Below are positions 15,822-26,552 of a stretch of DNA of 64,000 nt, in pieces. The DNA is from a virus (lineage: Duplodnaviria > Caudoviricetes): positions 65,507 to 129,506 of IMG/VR virus record IMGVR_UViG_3300021256_000066. One strand, written 5' to 3'. Under the pieces are notes generated by a model that did no database searches, was not told the origin of the DNA, and saw only the letters and a list, made by a program, of their open reading frames with translations. How positions within the stretch are numbered: position 1 is the stretch's first letter; each line of letters starts with the position of its first letter. A program made the position numbers and the translations under genes.

Positions 15822-18104
15822 ATGCGAACTATTTTGCTATCACACAACAAGACAGCCTACGAGAAGGTGATGCGGGCATTCGAGACGAGCCGCATGACCT
15901 GCGTGTGCCACCCGACGGGTACGGGCAAGTCGTACATCGTAGCAGCCGTGGCGGAGTCGTTCGACAAGGTGCTGATACTGGCACCCAACAACTTCATACT
16001 CCAGCAGCAGAAGAGCATCCTCGACTGGCACGGTGGCATCGACTACCGCAACTATTCTTGGCTGATTAAGAACGTATGGAATGTCACTGAGAAGTACGAC
16101 CTGATAGTGCTCGACGAGTTCCACCGCGCCGGTGCCCAAGAGTGGGGTGCTGCCGTCTCCCTGTTGTTGGAGAGTCAGCCGCAGGCGAAGATATTCGGTA
16201 CGTCGGCAACCCCCATCCGCTATTCCGAGGATGAGCGCGACATGAGTGACGAGCTGTTCGACGGCCATGTGGCCAGCTATATCACCATTGCCGAGGCATG
16301 GACGGTTTACAACATCCTACCAATACCTCGCTATGTCAGTGGACTGTTCCGATGGGACAAGACTATCAGCGAGGCACAGGAGCGCATTGAGCGCAGCCGT
16401 AGTCTGAGTGACAAGGAGAAGCGCGAGCGCATCTTCCGACTGAGCAATAAGCGACTCGACTGGGATTTGTCGTATGGGATGCCGACTATTCTGAAGAAGC
16501 ACATGGATAAGGATGCCCGTCGCGTCATCGTGTTCTGTGCCCATATCGAGGACTTGGAGCAGATGCGTCAGCAGGTTTGCCGTTGGTTCCGCGAGGCGGG
16601 CTTTACTATTGCCAGCATCAGCATCCTGCACAGCAAACTAAAGGATAGTGAACAGCACGAGCAGATGAACAGATTCGAGGACGATAGCACTGATGGCGTT
16701 AAACTGATGTTTGCTATTGACATGCTGAACGAGGGCATCCATGTGCCCAATGTCAGTGCGGTCATCATGCTCCGTACAACCGAGAGCCGTATCATCTATA
16801 TGCAACAGATGGGGCGTTGTCTGACCGCTGCCAACACAGAGAATCCGCTGGTATTGGATATGGTGGACAACATCACCACAACGACGGCCATCAAAGACTT
16901 GCAGATTGAGTTTGACCGCTTGGAGCATATACAGGCCGAGCGCGAGGGACGCGAGCCCCGCAAGTTTGAGGTAATAGATTATACGCTGGGGGTTCGTGAC
17001 CTTATCAGTAAGCTGGTTCCTCAACGGGTCGTGATGACCGCCGATGAACGTCTGGCACTGGTCAAGCAGTTTATCGCAGACAACGACCGCCAACCCGTTC
17101 AAGGTAAGGATAAGGAGATGTTTGTTCATTGGCGGTGGCTCTGTATGTATGCCGCCGATAACGAAGAGGTTAAAGCACTCCGCCGCAAGTATGGTTATAT
17201 ACCTGTGACGATAGACGAGGCAGTAGCCGAATTAGAGGCTTATCATCAGCGCACAGGACTGTTTCTGTCGTTTCCCAACCAAAGAGAAAACAAGGAGGTT
17301 GAACGGCTGAGCGGAATATGGCAGCGGCTGCGCAGGAATCATCCGAATCACCCCGTAGTGTCTGCGTGGCTGAAACGGCTGGAAGAGCAGAAGGCCGCGA
17401 AGTTCACAGAGACGATGCAGAAGGTCAGGCAGATGGCTGAACGTGGCGAGAAGTTCATGAAGACCAACGAATATCTGTTTCTGCACCGCAACTATGCTGA
17501 CCACCCAGAGTTTGTGGCTTTCTACAAGCAGTATTGTAAGCAGAATGTCATCATGACCGTTGACGAACATCTGGATGTGCTTGATGCGTTCTGTCATCAT
17601 ACTGACCGGCTACCAACCCATGAGACCGACGGACAGGCATACAACTCGTATAACTATCTGCGGCGGCATTGTGCTGATCATCCACGACTGAAAGCCATCG
17701 TTGAGTGCTACCATAAAGACAACAAACTGGCACGTCGCAGGGCAGAAGACCTGAAAGCCATCGAGCAGTTTTATTGCGAGAACGGCTACCTGCCGCTGAC
17801 ACGCACATCACTCGGTCTGAGATGGTCGAGACTAAAGCGGTCATACCCCGATGACCCTGACGTGCAGCGCATCGAACAGAACTGCCGCTATAAGCAGACC
17901 CGTACAGCCTATGTGAAGGAGGATGTTCGGATATACTGTGAGATGAACGGCGAACTGCCGACGAAAACAAAGAACCGCCAGCTTTACAATCAATGGCGCG
18001 GTCTGCGTATGCGACATCCACACGACCCAGACGTACTGGACCTGATTGCCAAATACGGTAATCCAAGACAACAGCCAAGGAAGAATAAACAAAAGCAAAA
18101 ATAA
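15822..18104 (+). CDS. SF2 (ResIII/DEAD-like) helicase with C-terminal helicase-associated-like repeats
   Basis: PTGTGKS, LDEFH, SATP, DMLNEGIHVP, QQMGR; repeated ..LP...W..LR..HP.DP.V units. Confidence 0.88.
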   Translation: MRTILLSHNKTAYEKVMRAFETSRMTCVCHPTGTGKSYIVAAVAESFDKVLILAPNNFILQQQKSILDWHGGIDYRNYSWLIKNVWNVTEKYDLIVLDEFHRAGAQEWGAAVSLLLESQPQAKIFGTSATPIRYSEDERDMSDELFDGHVASYITIAEAWTVYNILPIPRYVSGLFRWDKTISEAQERIERSRSLSDKEKRERIFRLSNKRLDWDLSYGMPTILKKHMDKDARRVIVFCAHIEDLEQMRQQVCRWFREAGFTIASISILHSKLKDSEQHEQMNRFEDDSTDGVKLMFAIDMLNEGIHVPNVSAVIMLRTTESRIIYMQQMGRCLTAANTENPLVLDMVDNITTTTAIKDLQIEFDRLEHIQAEREGREPRKFEVIDYTLGVRDLISKLVPQRVVMTADERLALVKQFIADNDRQPVQGKDKEMFVHWRWLCMYAADNEEVKALRRKYGYIPVTIDEAVAELEAYHQRTGLFLSFPNQRENKEVERLSGIWQRLRRNHPNHPVVSAWLKRLEEQKAAKFTETMQKVRQMAERGEKFMKTNEYLFLHRNYADHPEFVAFYKQYCKQNVIMTVDEHLDVLDAFCHHTDRLPTHETDGQAYNSYNYLRRHCADHPRLKAIVECYHKDNKLARRRAEDLKAIEQFYCENGYLPLTRTSLGLRWSRLKRSYPDDPDVQRIEQNCRYKQTRTAYVKEDVRIYCEMNGELPTKTKNRQLYNQWRGLRMRHPHDPDVLDLIAKYGNPRQQPRKNKQKQK

Positions 18105-18246
18105 TGATTATGGAACAGAAGAAAAAGGATGAAATGACCGATGCCACCCGTGCCGCATTTCGCGATGTGCTCGATATCTATTATGCGCAAGGTTTTGAAG
18201 CAATGCTCGACAAGGTGAAGGAACTAAGCGGAGTGGAGAGGTGATT

Positions 18247-19209
18247 ATGAGCAAGACATTAAAGATACTTTCCCGACCAAAGGGGAATGCCGAGGAATAC
18301 GGACGATGGAGCGTGAACCCGTACATCGGATGCAGTCACGGCTGCCTGTACTGCTATCTGAAGAAAGGCCCGTCCGGGGCCTATCTCGGGCAGGACAAGC
18401 CCGTGCTGAAAAAGGGTGTGGTGAGCCAGGGACATGCCTACCATCTGGCGATGGCGGAGATTATCGAGAATCGCGAGGAAATCGTGAAAGACGGCGGGCT
18501 GTTTATGACGTTCACAAGTGATCCGTATCTGCCGGAAACACGCAAGTTGACATCATGTATCGTTAAAGAGTGCATACAAACATACAAGGTGCCAGTAACC
18601 CTTCTGACCAAGCGTGCAGACTTCTTGCCGCTTGTGAAAAATCCAAGATTTGAAGATGTCGAACGCTGCAAGGAGTGGGCAACATCAGTCGGGTGTTTTG
18701 TAAAAGAGTTGGAAACGCTGAACAAATTACTCGCTACGGGATTTACCTTGACTGGTCACGACGAACTGGAGCCTAATGCTTCGCCAAACGCAGACCGCAT
18801 TAAGGCAATGCGCTTCCTGAACGAACTGAAATTGAACGTCTGGGCATCCATCGAGCCGGTGATCGACTTCCCTTCTTCGCTCGACATGATATACCAGGCA
18901 CTGAACGCTGGATGCCAGCACTTCAAGATCGGACTGCTGACGAACAACACTCGTGTGGTGCGCAAGGACTTCCAGATAGGCGAGCATCAGTTCAAGGCTT
19001 ACGATTTGCGCGGCCTCCTGCACTTCGTCGATGACGTGATGCGGATGACCGACGGCAAGGCGACGGTGTATTGGAAGCAATCGGTCGTTGACTTCTGTAC
19101 GACGGGAGCTGCGCATTACAGATTCTCCGAGAGAGAAGTCAGGAAGGCGATTATGGATTACCCGCACTCCGTCGGCAAGGACTGGAGTATGTTCAAGAAG
19201 GAGGACTGA
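18247..19209 (+). CDS. Radical SAM protein (SplB-like phage family)
   Basis: NPYIGCSHGCLYCY (CxxxCxxC), FTSDPY, LLTK, WASIEP. Confidence 0.82.
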   Translation: MSKTLKILSRPKGNAEEYGRWSVNPYIGCSHGCLYCYLKKGPSGAYLGQDKPVLKKGVVSQGHAYHLAMAEIIENREEIVKDGGLFMTFTSDPYLPETRKLTSCIVKECIQTYKVPVTLLTKRADFLPLVKNPRFEDVERCKEWATSVGCFVKELETLNKLLATGFTLTGHDELEPNASPNADRIKAMRFLNELKLNVWASIEPVIDFPSSLDMIYQALNAGCQHFKIGLLTNNTRVVRKDFQIGEHQFKAYDLRGLLHFVDDVMRMTDGKATVYWKQSVVDFCTTGAAHYRFSEREVRKAIMDYPHSVGKDWSMFKKED

Positions 19210-19212
19210 CCT

Positions 19213-19617
19213 ATGGCAAAGAAAAAGAACCAGAAGACATCGACAGAGATGCTGCAGGAGATGGCCGACGACTTCGGCAGGATGGCGGAAGACATGAAAG
19301 CGCTGATGGAGGGCTATATCGGACCGACACAGCAGGAGTACATCGACAAGATCAATGCCGACTGGAACGGCTATAACTTCATCGTCGTCTTCGGTCACGT
19401 GTACCGTCTGACCAACGAGAAGAAATACAAGGAGAACGGCTCGCTGCGCTGCCCCTGCGAGGTGTGCGAACTGAACGGCAGTTGCTGTCAGGACTCCGAC
19501 AAGACGCTCTGCGGCATCCTTCGTGCTGATACCGACGAGTATTTCTACGATGCAGGCGAGCTGGTCATCGACAAGCGCGGCAAGATGAAGGTTAAAAAAT
19601 GGTATGGTGATAAATAA
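19213..19617 (+). CDS. Hypothetical Cys-rich protein
   Basis: 134-aa ORF. Confidence 0.65.
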   Translation: MAKKKNQKTSTEMLQEMADDFGRMAEDMKALMEGYIGPTQQEYIDKINADWNGYNFIVVFGHVYRLTNEKKYKENGSLRCPCEVCELNGSCCQDSDKTLCGILRADTDEYFYDAGELVIDKRGKMKVKKWYGDK

Positions 19618-19629
19618 AGACTAAGATAT

Positions 19630-19840
19630 ATGGCAAAGAAAGTATTTCTCGGAAATGGACTAAGCCGCACGGCGATGGTGTTCAAGATTGCGACGCTGGC
19701 AGGACATAAGCTGACAGTGCCTGAAATGAACCGCATCAAAGATATCAACCCCCGCGCCCTGGAGCGAGTCTATGACTCCGTATTGGGGGGGGGTAAGTAA
19801 GGGCGACGCGCTGTTTGCACTCAGACTTGTATTGAAATAA
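19630..19840 (+). CDS. Small protein with G9 tract; stops at 19800 as written, G8 would extend it to 19840
   Basis: MAKKVFLGNG...YDSVLGGGK* versus ...VLGGVSKGDALFALRLVLK*. Confidence 0.5.
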
Positions 19841-19861
19841 TATAAAGGTATATAGACGATT

Positions 19862-20449
19862 ATGGAAGAAGACATAAGACCGGAAGATTATGGCTACGAT
19901 AGTGAGGCCATTGCTGAACAGGCACGGGAGATTCTGAAGCACAACAGGCCCTATCAGAAAATCTACGAGCAACTGGAGCGACTCGATCCACGAACTGACT
20001 TCGTGAAGCGCAACTACCTGTTGACACAGGCTCGGCTGATGGAAGAAAATGAAATCAAGCGGCTGATGGATCTCACTAACAAGCGCCGTCAGGACGTGCG
20101 TCGCATCGGTGACTATCTGGAGCAACACAACCCCGAGGACAGCGAGAAATATGAGACGTTGATGGCTGGCTTTGCCTTCCTGCTCGACATGATAGATTTC
20201 ACGCTCCACGACATCAACGAAATCCTCTTCCGCAACAAGACCGACATCAAGATGGAGAACTTTCCCGAAATCGTGAAGTGCCGCAAGTTGGCAGAGGAAA
20301 TGGCAGGTAATGACATCCAGAAGATGCCCGAATGGCAGCGCAATATGTGGATGTATGAGAGCGACCGTCTGTTCAATTACCTCAAGACGCGTTCTGCAGA
20401 TTATCTCCGACGGGCCGAGCGGGAAGAGAAGAAACGTATCAAAAAGTAG
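19862..20449 (+). CDS. Hypothetical protein
   Basis: 195-aa ORF. Confidence 0.7.
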   Translation: MEEDIRPEDYGYDSEAIAEQAREILKHNRPYQKIYEQLERLDPRTDFVKRNYLLTQARLMEENEIKRLMDLTNKRRQDVRRIGDYLEQHNPEDSEKYETLMAGFAFLLDMIDFTLHDINEILFRNKTDIKMENFPEIVKCRKLAEEMAGNDIQKMPEWQRNMWMYESDRLFNYLKTRSADYLRRAEREEKKRIKK

Positions 20450-20459
20450 CCGACTGACC

Positions 20460-21713
20460 ATGCCGAAACCGAAGGGAGTGATGAGAACGGCGCTGCCCGT
20501 CAGGCCACGAAGGAACGTGGCACTTGCGATGGACTGGCAGGGCGATGGCGACGGAGAACTGGCCGTCATCACGGCGGGTGCCGACGTGGAGTGGCTAAAG
20601 GAGATATTCACAAGTCTGTGCAGTTCCATGAACGGCGTGGCCAGAGGCTTCCGTATCGAGAGCCAGCGACCGCCGATGTGCCGCAACGGTTTCGTGAACG
20701 AGCGGCTGGCCGTGGTGCTGGAGGGCTACGATAGCAACCTGCTGATGCCAGACGGAGTACTTACGGTCGTGCAACTTATGTTGGAGCGCTACGTGAACGG
20801 AGGCTATGTGGACTGCTACCGGCTCGATGACCTGCTGAACCTGTCCGGGCGCGATGAATGGAAGATTATTGTGCCGCAGGCTATATCCGTGCCGAAGACC
20901 AGGCGTAAGCCGCAAAAGAGAAAGACCGGCGGGCTGTCGGCACGACCTGACAATGAAACAAAAGAGAAAATGGCAAACATATATTTGAGAGTACCTTGGT
21001 ATGTGGCTGCGTACTATCGTGGCCGAGAGGAGAACAACCAGCTGACCGAATGGCAGCCGGTGGAGTTCGCCGAATATACGCATGAGTATATGATCCTTCA
21101 GAACAACCTGCGCTATATGCCGGAGCAGGTGCAGTCGCGTAACTGCTACTCGCAGCGGGCATGGAACAACATCCTGAAAGGCAAGAGCCCAGACGGCAGT
21201 CAGACCATCCTGCGCCGCGACCCTGGCGAGTGGCCGTCAATACAGGAGGTATCGACGCTCATCGGTGCCGCCTGCCACGGCAAGCAGTCTGGCTCGGAGT
21301 ACCTCTGTATCAGGATGCCCCGCGAGGTGTACTACAACAAGCATGTGTACCGCACCACTGCCGACTACTGCCTGTCCTACGACATCGGCATCCACCTGTC
21401 GGCGGTGCTCATGCAGAAGTTCTGCTATGAGTACCTTGAGTGGACCGAATACCGCAAGGAGTTCTGTCGCCGTCAGGGGTTCAGGGCGAAGACCATAGAC
21501 ATCGTGGAGATGTTCTTTACCCAGTTCAATTTCCCTGCGGCCATCCTGCCGACGGAGCGCGAGTCGCTCAGACGCTACCACACCCGCTGGCTCTCGAACG
21601 CCCGGCGACGAGCCGCCTACCACTACCAGTTCGAGGACACTTCTTTCCTTGAACACATCAGTGACGATGACCAGCGCCGTCTCGAACGCGAAAAGAAGAA
21701 AAAGGATTCATAA
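20460..21713 (+). CDS. Hypothetical protein; probable second in-frame start at 20970 (MANIYLRVPWY...)
   Basis: Long ORF with an internal A-rich leader before ATG 20970. Confidence 0.6.
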   Translation: MPKPKGVMRTALPVRPRRNVALAMDWQGDGDGELAVITAGADVEWLKEIFTSLCSSMNGVARGFRIESQRPPMCRNGFVNERLAVVLEGYDSNLLMPDGVLTVVQLMLERYVNGGYVDCYRLDDLLNLSGRDEWKIIVPQAISVPKTRRKPQKRKTGGLSARPDNETKEKMANIYLRVPWYVAAYYRGREENNQLTEWQPVEFAEYTHEYMILQNNLRYMPEQVQSRNCYSQRAWNNILKGKSPDGSQTILRRDPGEWPSIQEVSTLIGAACHGKQSGSEYLCIRMPREVYYNKHVYRTTADYCLSYDIGIHLSAVLMQKFCYEYLEWTEYRKEFCRRQGFRAKTIDIVEMFFTQFNFPAAILPTERESLRRYHTRWLSNARRRAAYHYQFEDTSFLEHISDDDQRRLEREKKKKDS

Positions 21714-21746
21714 ACATAAACATGACAGAATAAAAATAAGGAAATT

Positions 21747-22217
21747 ATGAAACAAGAAGAGTATTTGTCTGGCATCAAGAAGCAGCAGAGTTTGATTAGG
21801 AAGTTGTTTGCCAACCGCAAGCGCCGCTCAGAGGTGATTGACGAAATAACCCGTGAGCGCTACGGACACCTGAGAGGAAAGTTCTTTAAGGCAGGGGGTG
21901 AGTACTTTAAGAGGCAAGACGGCGTGACCTATTATATTGCTGCCGTGCATGGTGACAGCAAGGACACCGTTACAGACGAAGTGTCCGTCAGACTTGAATG
22001 TCGGTTTATCATGCCGTCGGCTGTTATTCCTGGCTTTCACATCGAGTGCGACGAAACCAACGACAACATCGGTTTCTATACAGAAACATTCCGATTTGCC
22101 GTCACCGACAACCTCGACGACATCCTGGCACCACTCTATATCACAGAGGAAAAAGCTGCCAATGAGCTCAGGGTGATGTACGACAAGTTTGTCAGGAAAT
22201 TCCTGAAGAAAGGCTGA
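21747..22217 (+). CDS. Hypothetical protein
   Basis: 156-aa ORF. Confidence 0.65.
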   Translation: MKQEEYLSGIKKQQSLIRKLFANRKRRSEVIDEITRERYGHLRGKFFKAGGEYFKRQDGVTYYIAAVHGDSKDTVTDEVSVRLECRFIMPSAVIPGFHIECDETNDNIGFYTETFRFAVTDNLDDILAPLYITEEKAANELRVMYDKFVRKFLKKG

Positions 22218-22249
22218 AGGACAAATCATAACATATAATCAAAGGCGAT

Positions 22250-22912
22250 ATGAACGAAAGAAAAATGACCATCGGCGAGGTCAAACAGCTTGTCGAGAAT
22301 GTATTGAGTGAGAACAGCAACGTGACCGTGGAAAGTATTGAACCGAACAGCGACGGCGACTATTGCACCGTGGTTCTGAATGGCGACGTGTGGCTGAATG
22401 TATTGAATGCCATCGCTAAGGCTGTCGGCGATGAACTTATTATCAGTGGCGAGGACTATAATCAGATCAACCTGTTCTTCCGCATGCCTGAAGCTGGTAA
22501 GGCTGGTGTTGGCTACGACAATCATGAAAAGAAAGCTGCACCAGCCATCCCTGCCGACATGAGGCACAAGAAAGAGTTCTACGACTCCGAAGAAATTATA
22601 ATCCCCGGTACGGATGTGAAACGCAGTCGTACCGAGGAAAACGAACAGGTGGTGGCGTGGATGAAAGAGACAGGGCATTATCCCATCGTGTATCTCCGCC
22701 TTGACGACGTTGTGCATGTGGAGGTGAGCGACATCTATGACCAGAAGGTGCGCGACATCCTGGAGCGCGGCGCGGCGGTAGGCGGCGACGGTCGCAAATA
22801 TAAGATCGAGAATCCCGACAACATCTTCCCCATCGGCGACAGCATCTGCGTCCGTGCCACCTGCGTCGATACGGGTCGCAGCGATGTCTATGGACTGGAT
22901 TTCTTGGTGTAA
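22250..22912 (+). CDS. Hypothetical protein
   Basis: 220-aa ORF. Confidence 0.65.
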   Translation: MNERKMTIGEVKQLVENVLSENSNVTVESIEPNSDGDYCTVVLNGDVWLNVLNAIAKAVGDELIISGEDYNQINLFFRMPEAGKAGVGYDNHEKKAAPAIPADMRHKKEFYDSEEIIIPGTDVKRSRTEENEQVVAWMKETGHYPIVYLRLDDVVHVEVSDIYDQKVRDILERGAAVGGDGRKYKIENPDNIFPIGDSICVRATCVDTGRSDVYGLDFLV

Positions 22913-22927
22913 GGATGGACTGACAGT

Positions 22928-23698
22928 ATGATCACAAAGGTGGTAATCAACAACAACGTGGACACGCCCATCGAGTATCTGAGCGGACTCGGGGCGTTCA
23001 AGAACGGCAAGACGTATGAGTTCAAGCCCGGCGTGAACATCATCGTCGGCAAGAACGGCTGCGGCAAGACCACGCTGATGAACCTGATAAGGAAGTATCT
23101 GCTGGTGGACCTGTCGGAGTGCTCAGCGGGTGCGCTCAACCACAACATCAATGCCATCTGCTTCGGCCTTGGCGACGACAAGCACATGTATGCAGGTGCC
23201 GACGTGTATGCCGACTACCGGCGCAACACGTTCCGCCTGTGCCATGCGGGGGAGAGGCAGCACAACGACGAGATATTCGAGAACGATCACTCCATCAGCG
23301 AGTTCTTCGGGCAGCGGGAGTCGTCAACGGGCGAGGGCGTTATCGTGGCACTGAACGCGCTCTTCACCAGGATGTTCAGCAAGGGCGCGAACCTGACGTT
23401 CGACTACACGCGGTTCAAGGACAACTACAAGCCCTATACGGATTACGTTGCCGACCACATCGTCGATGGCGACGAGTGGACCATCCTGATGGACGAGCCC
23501 GACAGGAACCTCGACATCGAGAACATCGGGCATATCAAGTCCGTGCTCGACTTCCACAAGCCGCACACGCAGATTATCGCCGTGGTGCATAACCCGCTGC
23601 TCATCTGCGCCCTCTCGAAGAACCCGGAGGTCAACTTCATCGAAATGACGCGAGGGTATGTGAAGAATATCAGGAAAATGGTAAAGGAGCTGGTGTGA
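22928..23698 (+). CDS. ABC/AAA-type ATPase
   Basis: GVNIIVGKNGCGKTT, SSTGEG, ILMDEPD, H-switch VVHNP. Confidence 0.85.
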   Translation: MITKVVINNNVDTPIEYLSGLGAFKNGKTYEFKPGVNIIVGKNGCGKTTLMNLIRKYLLVDLSECSAGALNHNINAICFGLGDDKHMYAGADVYADYRRNTFRLCHAGERQHNDEIFENDHSISEFFGQRESSTGEGVIVALNALFTRMFSKGANLTFDYTRFKDNYKPYTDYVADHIVDGDEWTILMDEPDRNLDIENIGHIKSVLDFHKPHTQIIAVVHNPLLICALSKNPEVNFIEMTRGYVKNIRKMVKELV

Positions 23699-23704
23699 GT
23701 GGCA

Positions 23705-24217
23705 ATGATTGACAAGAAAGAACTGCAAGACAGTGGGGAGACGATGCGCTGGAACGAGGACGTGGAGCGCAGGCGCAGGGAGTACCACGAGCAGCGGTGC
23801 GCCGAGAATGCACTGTACCGCCGTGCATACGAGCGGCAGCAGGAAATGCGGCGGCGCATGCAGAGACAGGTCAGCGAAGCCCTGACACAGTTGGCCGACG
23901 CGATGCACACGGACTGTATGCAGCGTGTGAACAGCATAACGGAGGATGCCTGTTGTCAGCCGGTAAAGACGCATGAGGAAGTGATGCGCGAGCAGGCCCT
24001 GATGGACAGCATGAGTAGGAACCCGACCGAGTGGTTTGCGCATAGCACGGGCTTCGGACTTGGCTTTGCCGTGGCAGCGATGATGTTTGCCGACGGCGAG
24101 AAGATGAAACGCCAGATGCAGGAGATAGAAGAAGAACGTCCGTACCTCGAAGAAATCAACCGCATCGACGCGCAGTTTGACAGAGAAATCATTCGCATGA
24201 GCGGGTTTGAATGGTAA
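23705..24217 (+). CDS. Hypothetical protein
   Basis: Coiled-coil ORF with one hydrophobic segment. Confidence 0.55.
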   Translation: MIDKKELQDSGETMRWNEDVERRRREYHEQRCAENALYRRAYERQQEMRRRMQRQVSEALTQLADAMHTDCMQRVNSITEDACCQPVKTHEEVMREQALMDSMSRNPTEWFAHSTGFGLGFAVAAMMFADGEKMKRQMQEIEEERPYLEEINRIDAQFDREIIRMSGFEW

Positions 24218-24231
24218 AAACAATAGAATGT

Positions 24232-26124
24232 ATGAGCAACATTATTAAACATTCGGATGTGGTATTGGCCACGAAGCAGCCGCACGAGGGATTCCGCATC
24301 GGCGACTACATCACCGACAGCAGGTTTGAAGCGTTCTATCTGATAGAGTCGGTTGAGACAAGACAGTGGGACGGACGAGACCATGAGGTGTACGTCTGCA
24401 AGGGGGTGAACCCTATTACGCTGGAAATGGACGGCAACGACCGAAACTTGAGCATCGACGAACTGACGAGGTACTATCAGGTGGTGGATGCCGACGTGGT
24501 TAAGCTGCGCGATATTGCCCACCGCGTACTGAACGAGGGTGCAAGCATTGAGGACATGCAGGAGTCGAGCGACACGTCACTGATGGCACTCGGCAACAAG
24601 CAGTCGCTCATTGCTTTGAGACAGAAGATAGATGAGACACAGCGGTCGGTGACGCTGGTGAAGAACTACTGCCACATGATGCAGACACAGGTGATGAACG
24701 AGCTTAAAAAGAAGATTAGTCAGGTGAACGGTATCGTTGAGAAGATGGGACGCGAAATAAAGAGGTTGGACTACGTGATTCAGACCATCGAGACCTACGC
24801 AGGCATCAAGGAGGAGATTATCACCTTGCAGTGCGGCGAACCCGCTCCAGAGACGGAACCGATAGTCATCCGGCAGGCCGTGCTGTTCATGGACGAGGAG
24901 TTTGCCTTAATAGACGATGATTTCGATTGGGAAAAGATAGAGTCGTTTGATAAGTGGCTGACCGAGGACGGGAACTTCAAGATACTGCTGCCCGATGCCA
25001 AGAGCGTGGTGGCCATCAAGCCGCGCCGCACGGACAAGAAATATAGCGACGACTGGTGGGAGAATAAGATTATGAACCGTCCGAACCATGTCACGCTCTT
25101 CCTGATTCGCAACGGCGAGAACCTATATCGTCTCGACAGCGAGCACATCTATCTCGAAGACCGCATGTTCCCTAATCTTGACGAGTATCAGCAGACGCTG
25201 GAGAAGGAGCAGAAGAATGGATGGTATGAGATTAACAAGGAGAAGGACAATCTGGCATCCGACAGAATGCGCCGCCGCTTCACCAAGGTAGCTTTCCTAC
25301 TGCAAGGCTTGTTGGATCGTAGTGACGTGTTCACACCACACAATGTCAAATGTTCGTTCCTGAAGATGGAGGGGTTGAACGAACAGGTGAAGATGGACTA
25401 TGAGCTCGACACGTCGCATCTGCTGATGGACGGTCGCCCCAGTGTCACCGAATGGATCAAGCAGACCAATGCTGGAATCAAGGAGGGCAGTCGCATCCTG
25501 CTCGTTAGTTGCAGCGATATGAACAGCGAAATGTTCCTGCGCTATTACAGCGACCGCTACAGCGTGCCCGGCTACCCCTCGTTAGGTGTATATACCGTCA
25601 AGAAAAATCCAAAATATACTACAGACAAAGACCACCAGTGGCGTGAAGCATATCGTCGTCCGTTCTATATATCCTATATGCCTAAGCAGGATGCCTATTC
25701 GTGGACGGACGGGCCGCACGACCGCAAAATCAAGTCGGGTATATGTTTCAATGAGAACGGCTACGATATCTTGAACTATGATAATCTGAATATCGACGAA
25801 CTTGACTATTACCTGAACAGCCGACTATATCGGTCGCAGTATTATCTCTACGTGCGATTGCTGAAGACGGCGCGGTCACTGGTCGAGAGGGAGTATCGCC
25901 AAGAAACTGACTTCATCAACATGCTATGCGGTGAACTCATTGCCGAAAGCCTTTGGCCCAAGGACGGCTACACCCACGACGGCATCGCTCGCATCGCCCT
26001 GCAGACCGTCAAAGACCGCCTGAAATGGAAACGCCCTATCTCGTCGAAGGAGCGCGAGACCTACTATCTTGTCCGCCGCACCTTATTTTCGGAAGCATTC
26101 AGGAAGAAGTATTTTAAGGCATAG
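24232..26124 (+). CDS. Large hypothetical protein with coiled coil
   Basis: ~630-aa ORF. Confidence 0.75.
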   Translation: MSNIIKHSDVVLATKQPHEGFRIGDYITDSRFEAFYLIESVETRQWDGRDHEVYVCKGVNPITLEMDGNDRNLSIDELTRYYQVVDADVVKLRDIAHRVLNEGASIEDMQESSDTSLMALGNKQSLIALRQKIDETQRSVTLVKNYCHMMQTQVMNELKKKISQVNGIVEKMGREIKRLDYVIQTIETYAGIKEEIITLQCGEPAPETEPIVIRQAVLFMDEEFALIDDDFDWEKIESFDKWLTEDGNFKILLPDAKSVVAIKPRRTDKKYSDDWWENKIMNRPNHVTLFLIRNGENLYRLDSEHIYLEDRMFPNLDEYQQTLEKEQKNGWYEINKEKDNLASDRMRRRFTKVAFLLQGLLDRSDVFTPHNVKCSFLKMEGLNEQVKMDYELDTSHLLMDGRPSVTEWIKQTNAGIKEGSRILLVSCSDMNSEMFLRYYSDRYSVPGYPSLGVYTVKKNPKYTTDKDHQWREAYRRPFYISYMPKQDAYSWTDGPHDRKIKSGICFNENGYDILNYDNLNIDELDYYLNSRLYRSQYYLYVRLLKTARSLVEREYRQETDFINMLCGELIAESLWPKDGYTHDGIARIALQTVKDRLKWKRPISSKERETYYLVRRTLFSEAFRKKYFKA

Positions 26125-26161
26125 GATTGACACAAAATCTTTAGTATAAAGATAAAAGATT

Positions 26162-26548
26162 ATGAAATGTAAACAATGCGGAGAAGAGAACGGTGATGCA
26201 AAGAGGACTTGCAGCCGTTGCGGAGCCTTCCTGGAGGGCTACACGCTGAACAATGTGACGGGCGAATACGGCTACCGTGGTGCTGACGGCGGGTGGTATA
26301 AGTCCGAAGAAGAGTACCGCGCTCACTGTCCGGGTGCGACGCACAGCGATGCCATCGACACAGCAAAGTTAGCGATGCGTCTGGCGATGACCGAGCGTGT
26401 CAAGACGGTAACGCAGACGGCAATGCGCGAGAAAATCAGTCCGATAGTCAGTCAGATGACCGCCCTAATAGCCGAAGCCTTCCAAGTTGGTTTCGACGCA
26501 GGAATGGAGTGCGGCAGATATACGGACTATAGCACAAAGGAAGGCTGA
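26162..26548 (+). CDS. Zinc-ribbon protein
   Basis: CKQC...CSRC. Confidence 0.65.
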   Translation: MKCKQCGEENGDAKRTCSRCGAFLEGYTLNNVTGEYGYRGADGGWYKSEEEYRAHCPGATHSDAIDTAKLAMRLAMTERVKTVTQTAMREKISPIVSQMTALIAEAFQVGFDAGMECGRYTDYSTKEG

Positions 26549-26552
26549 CACG

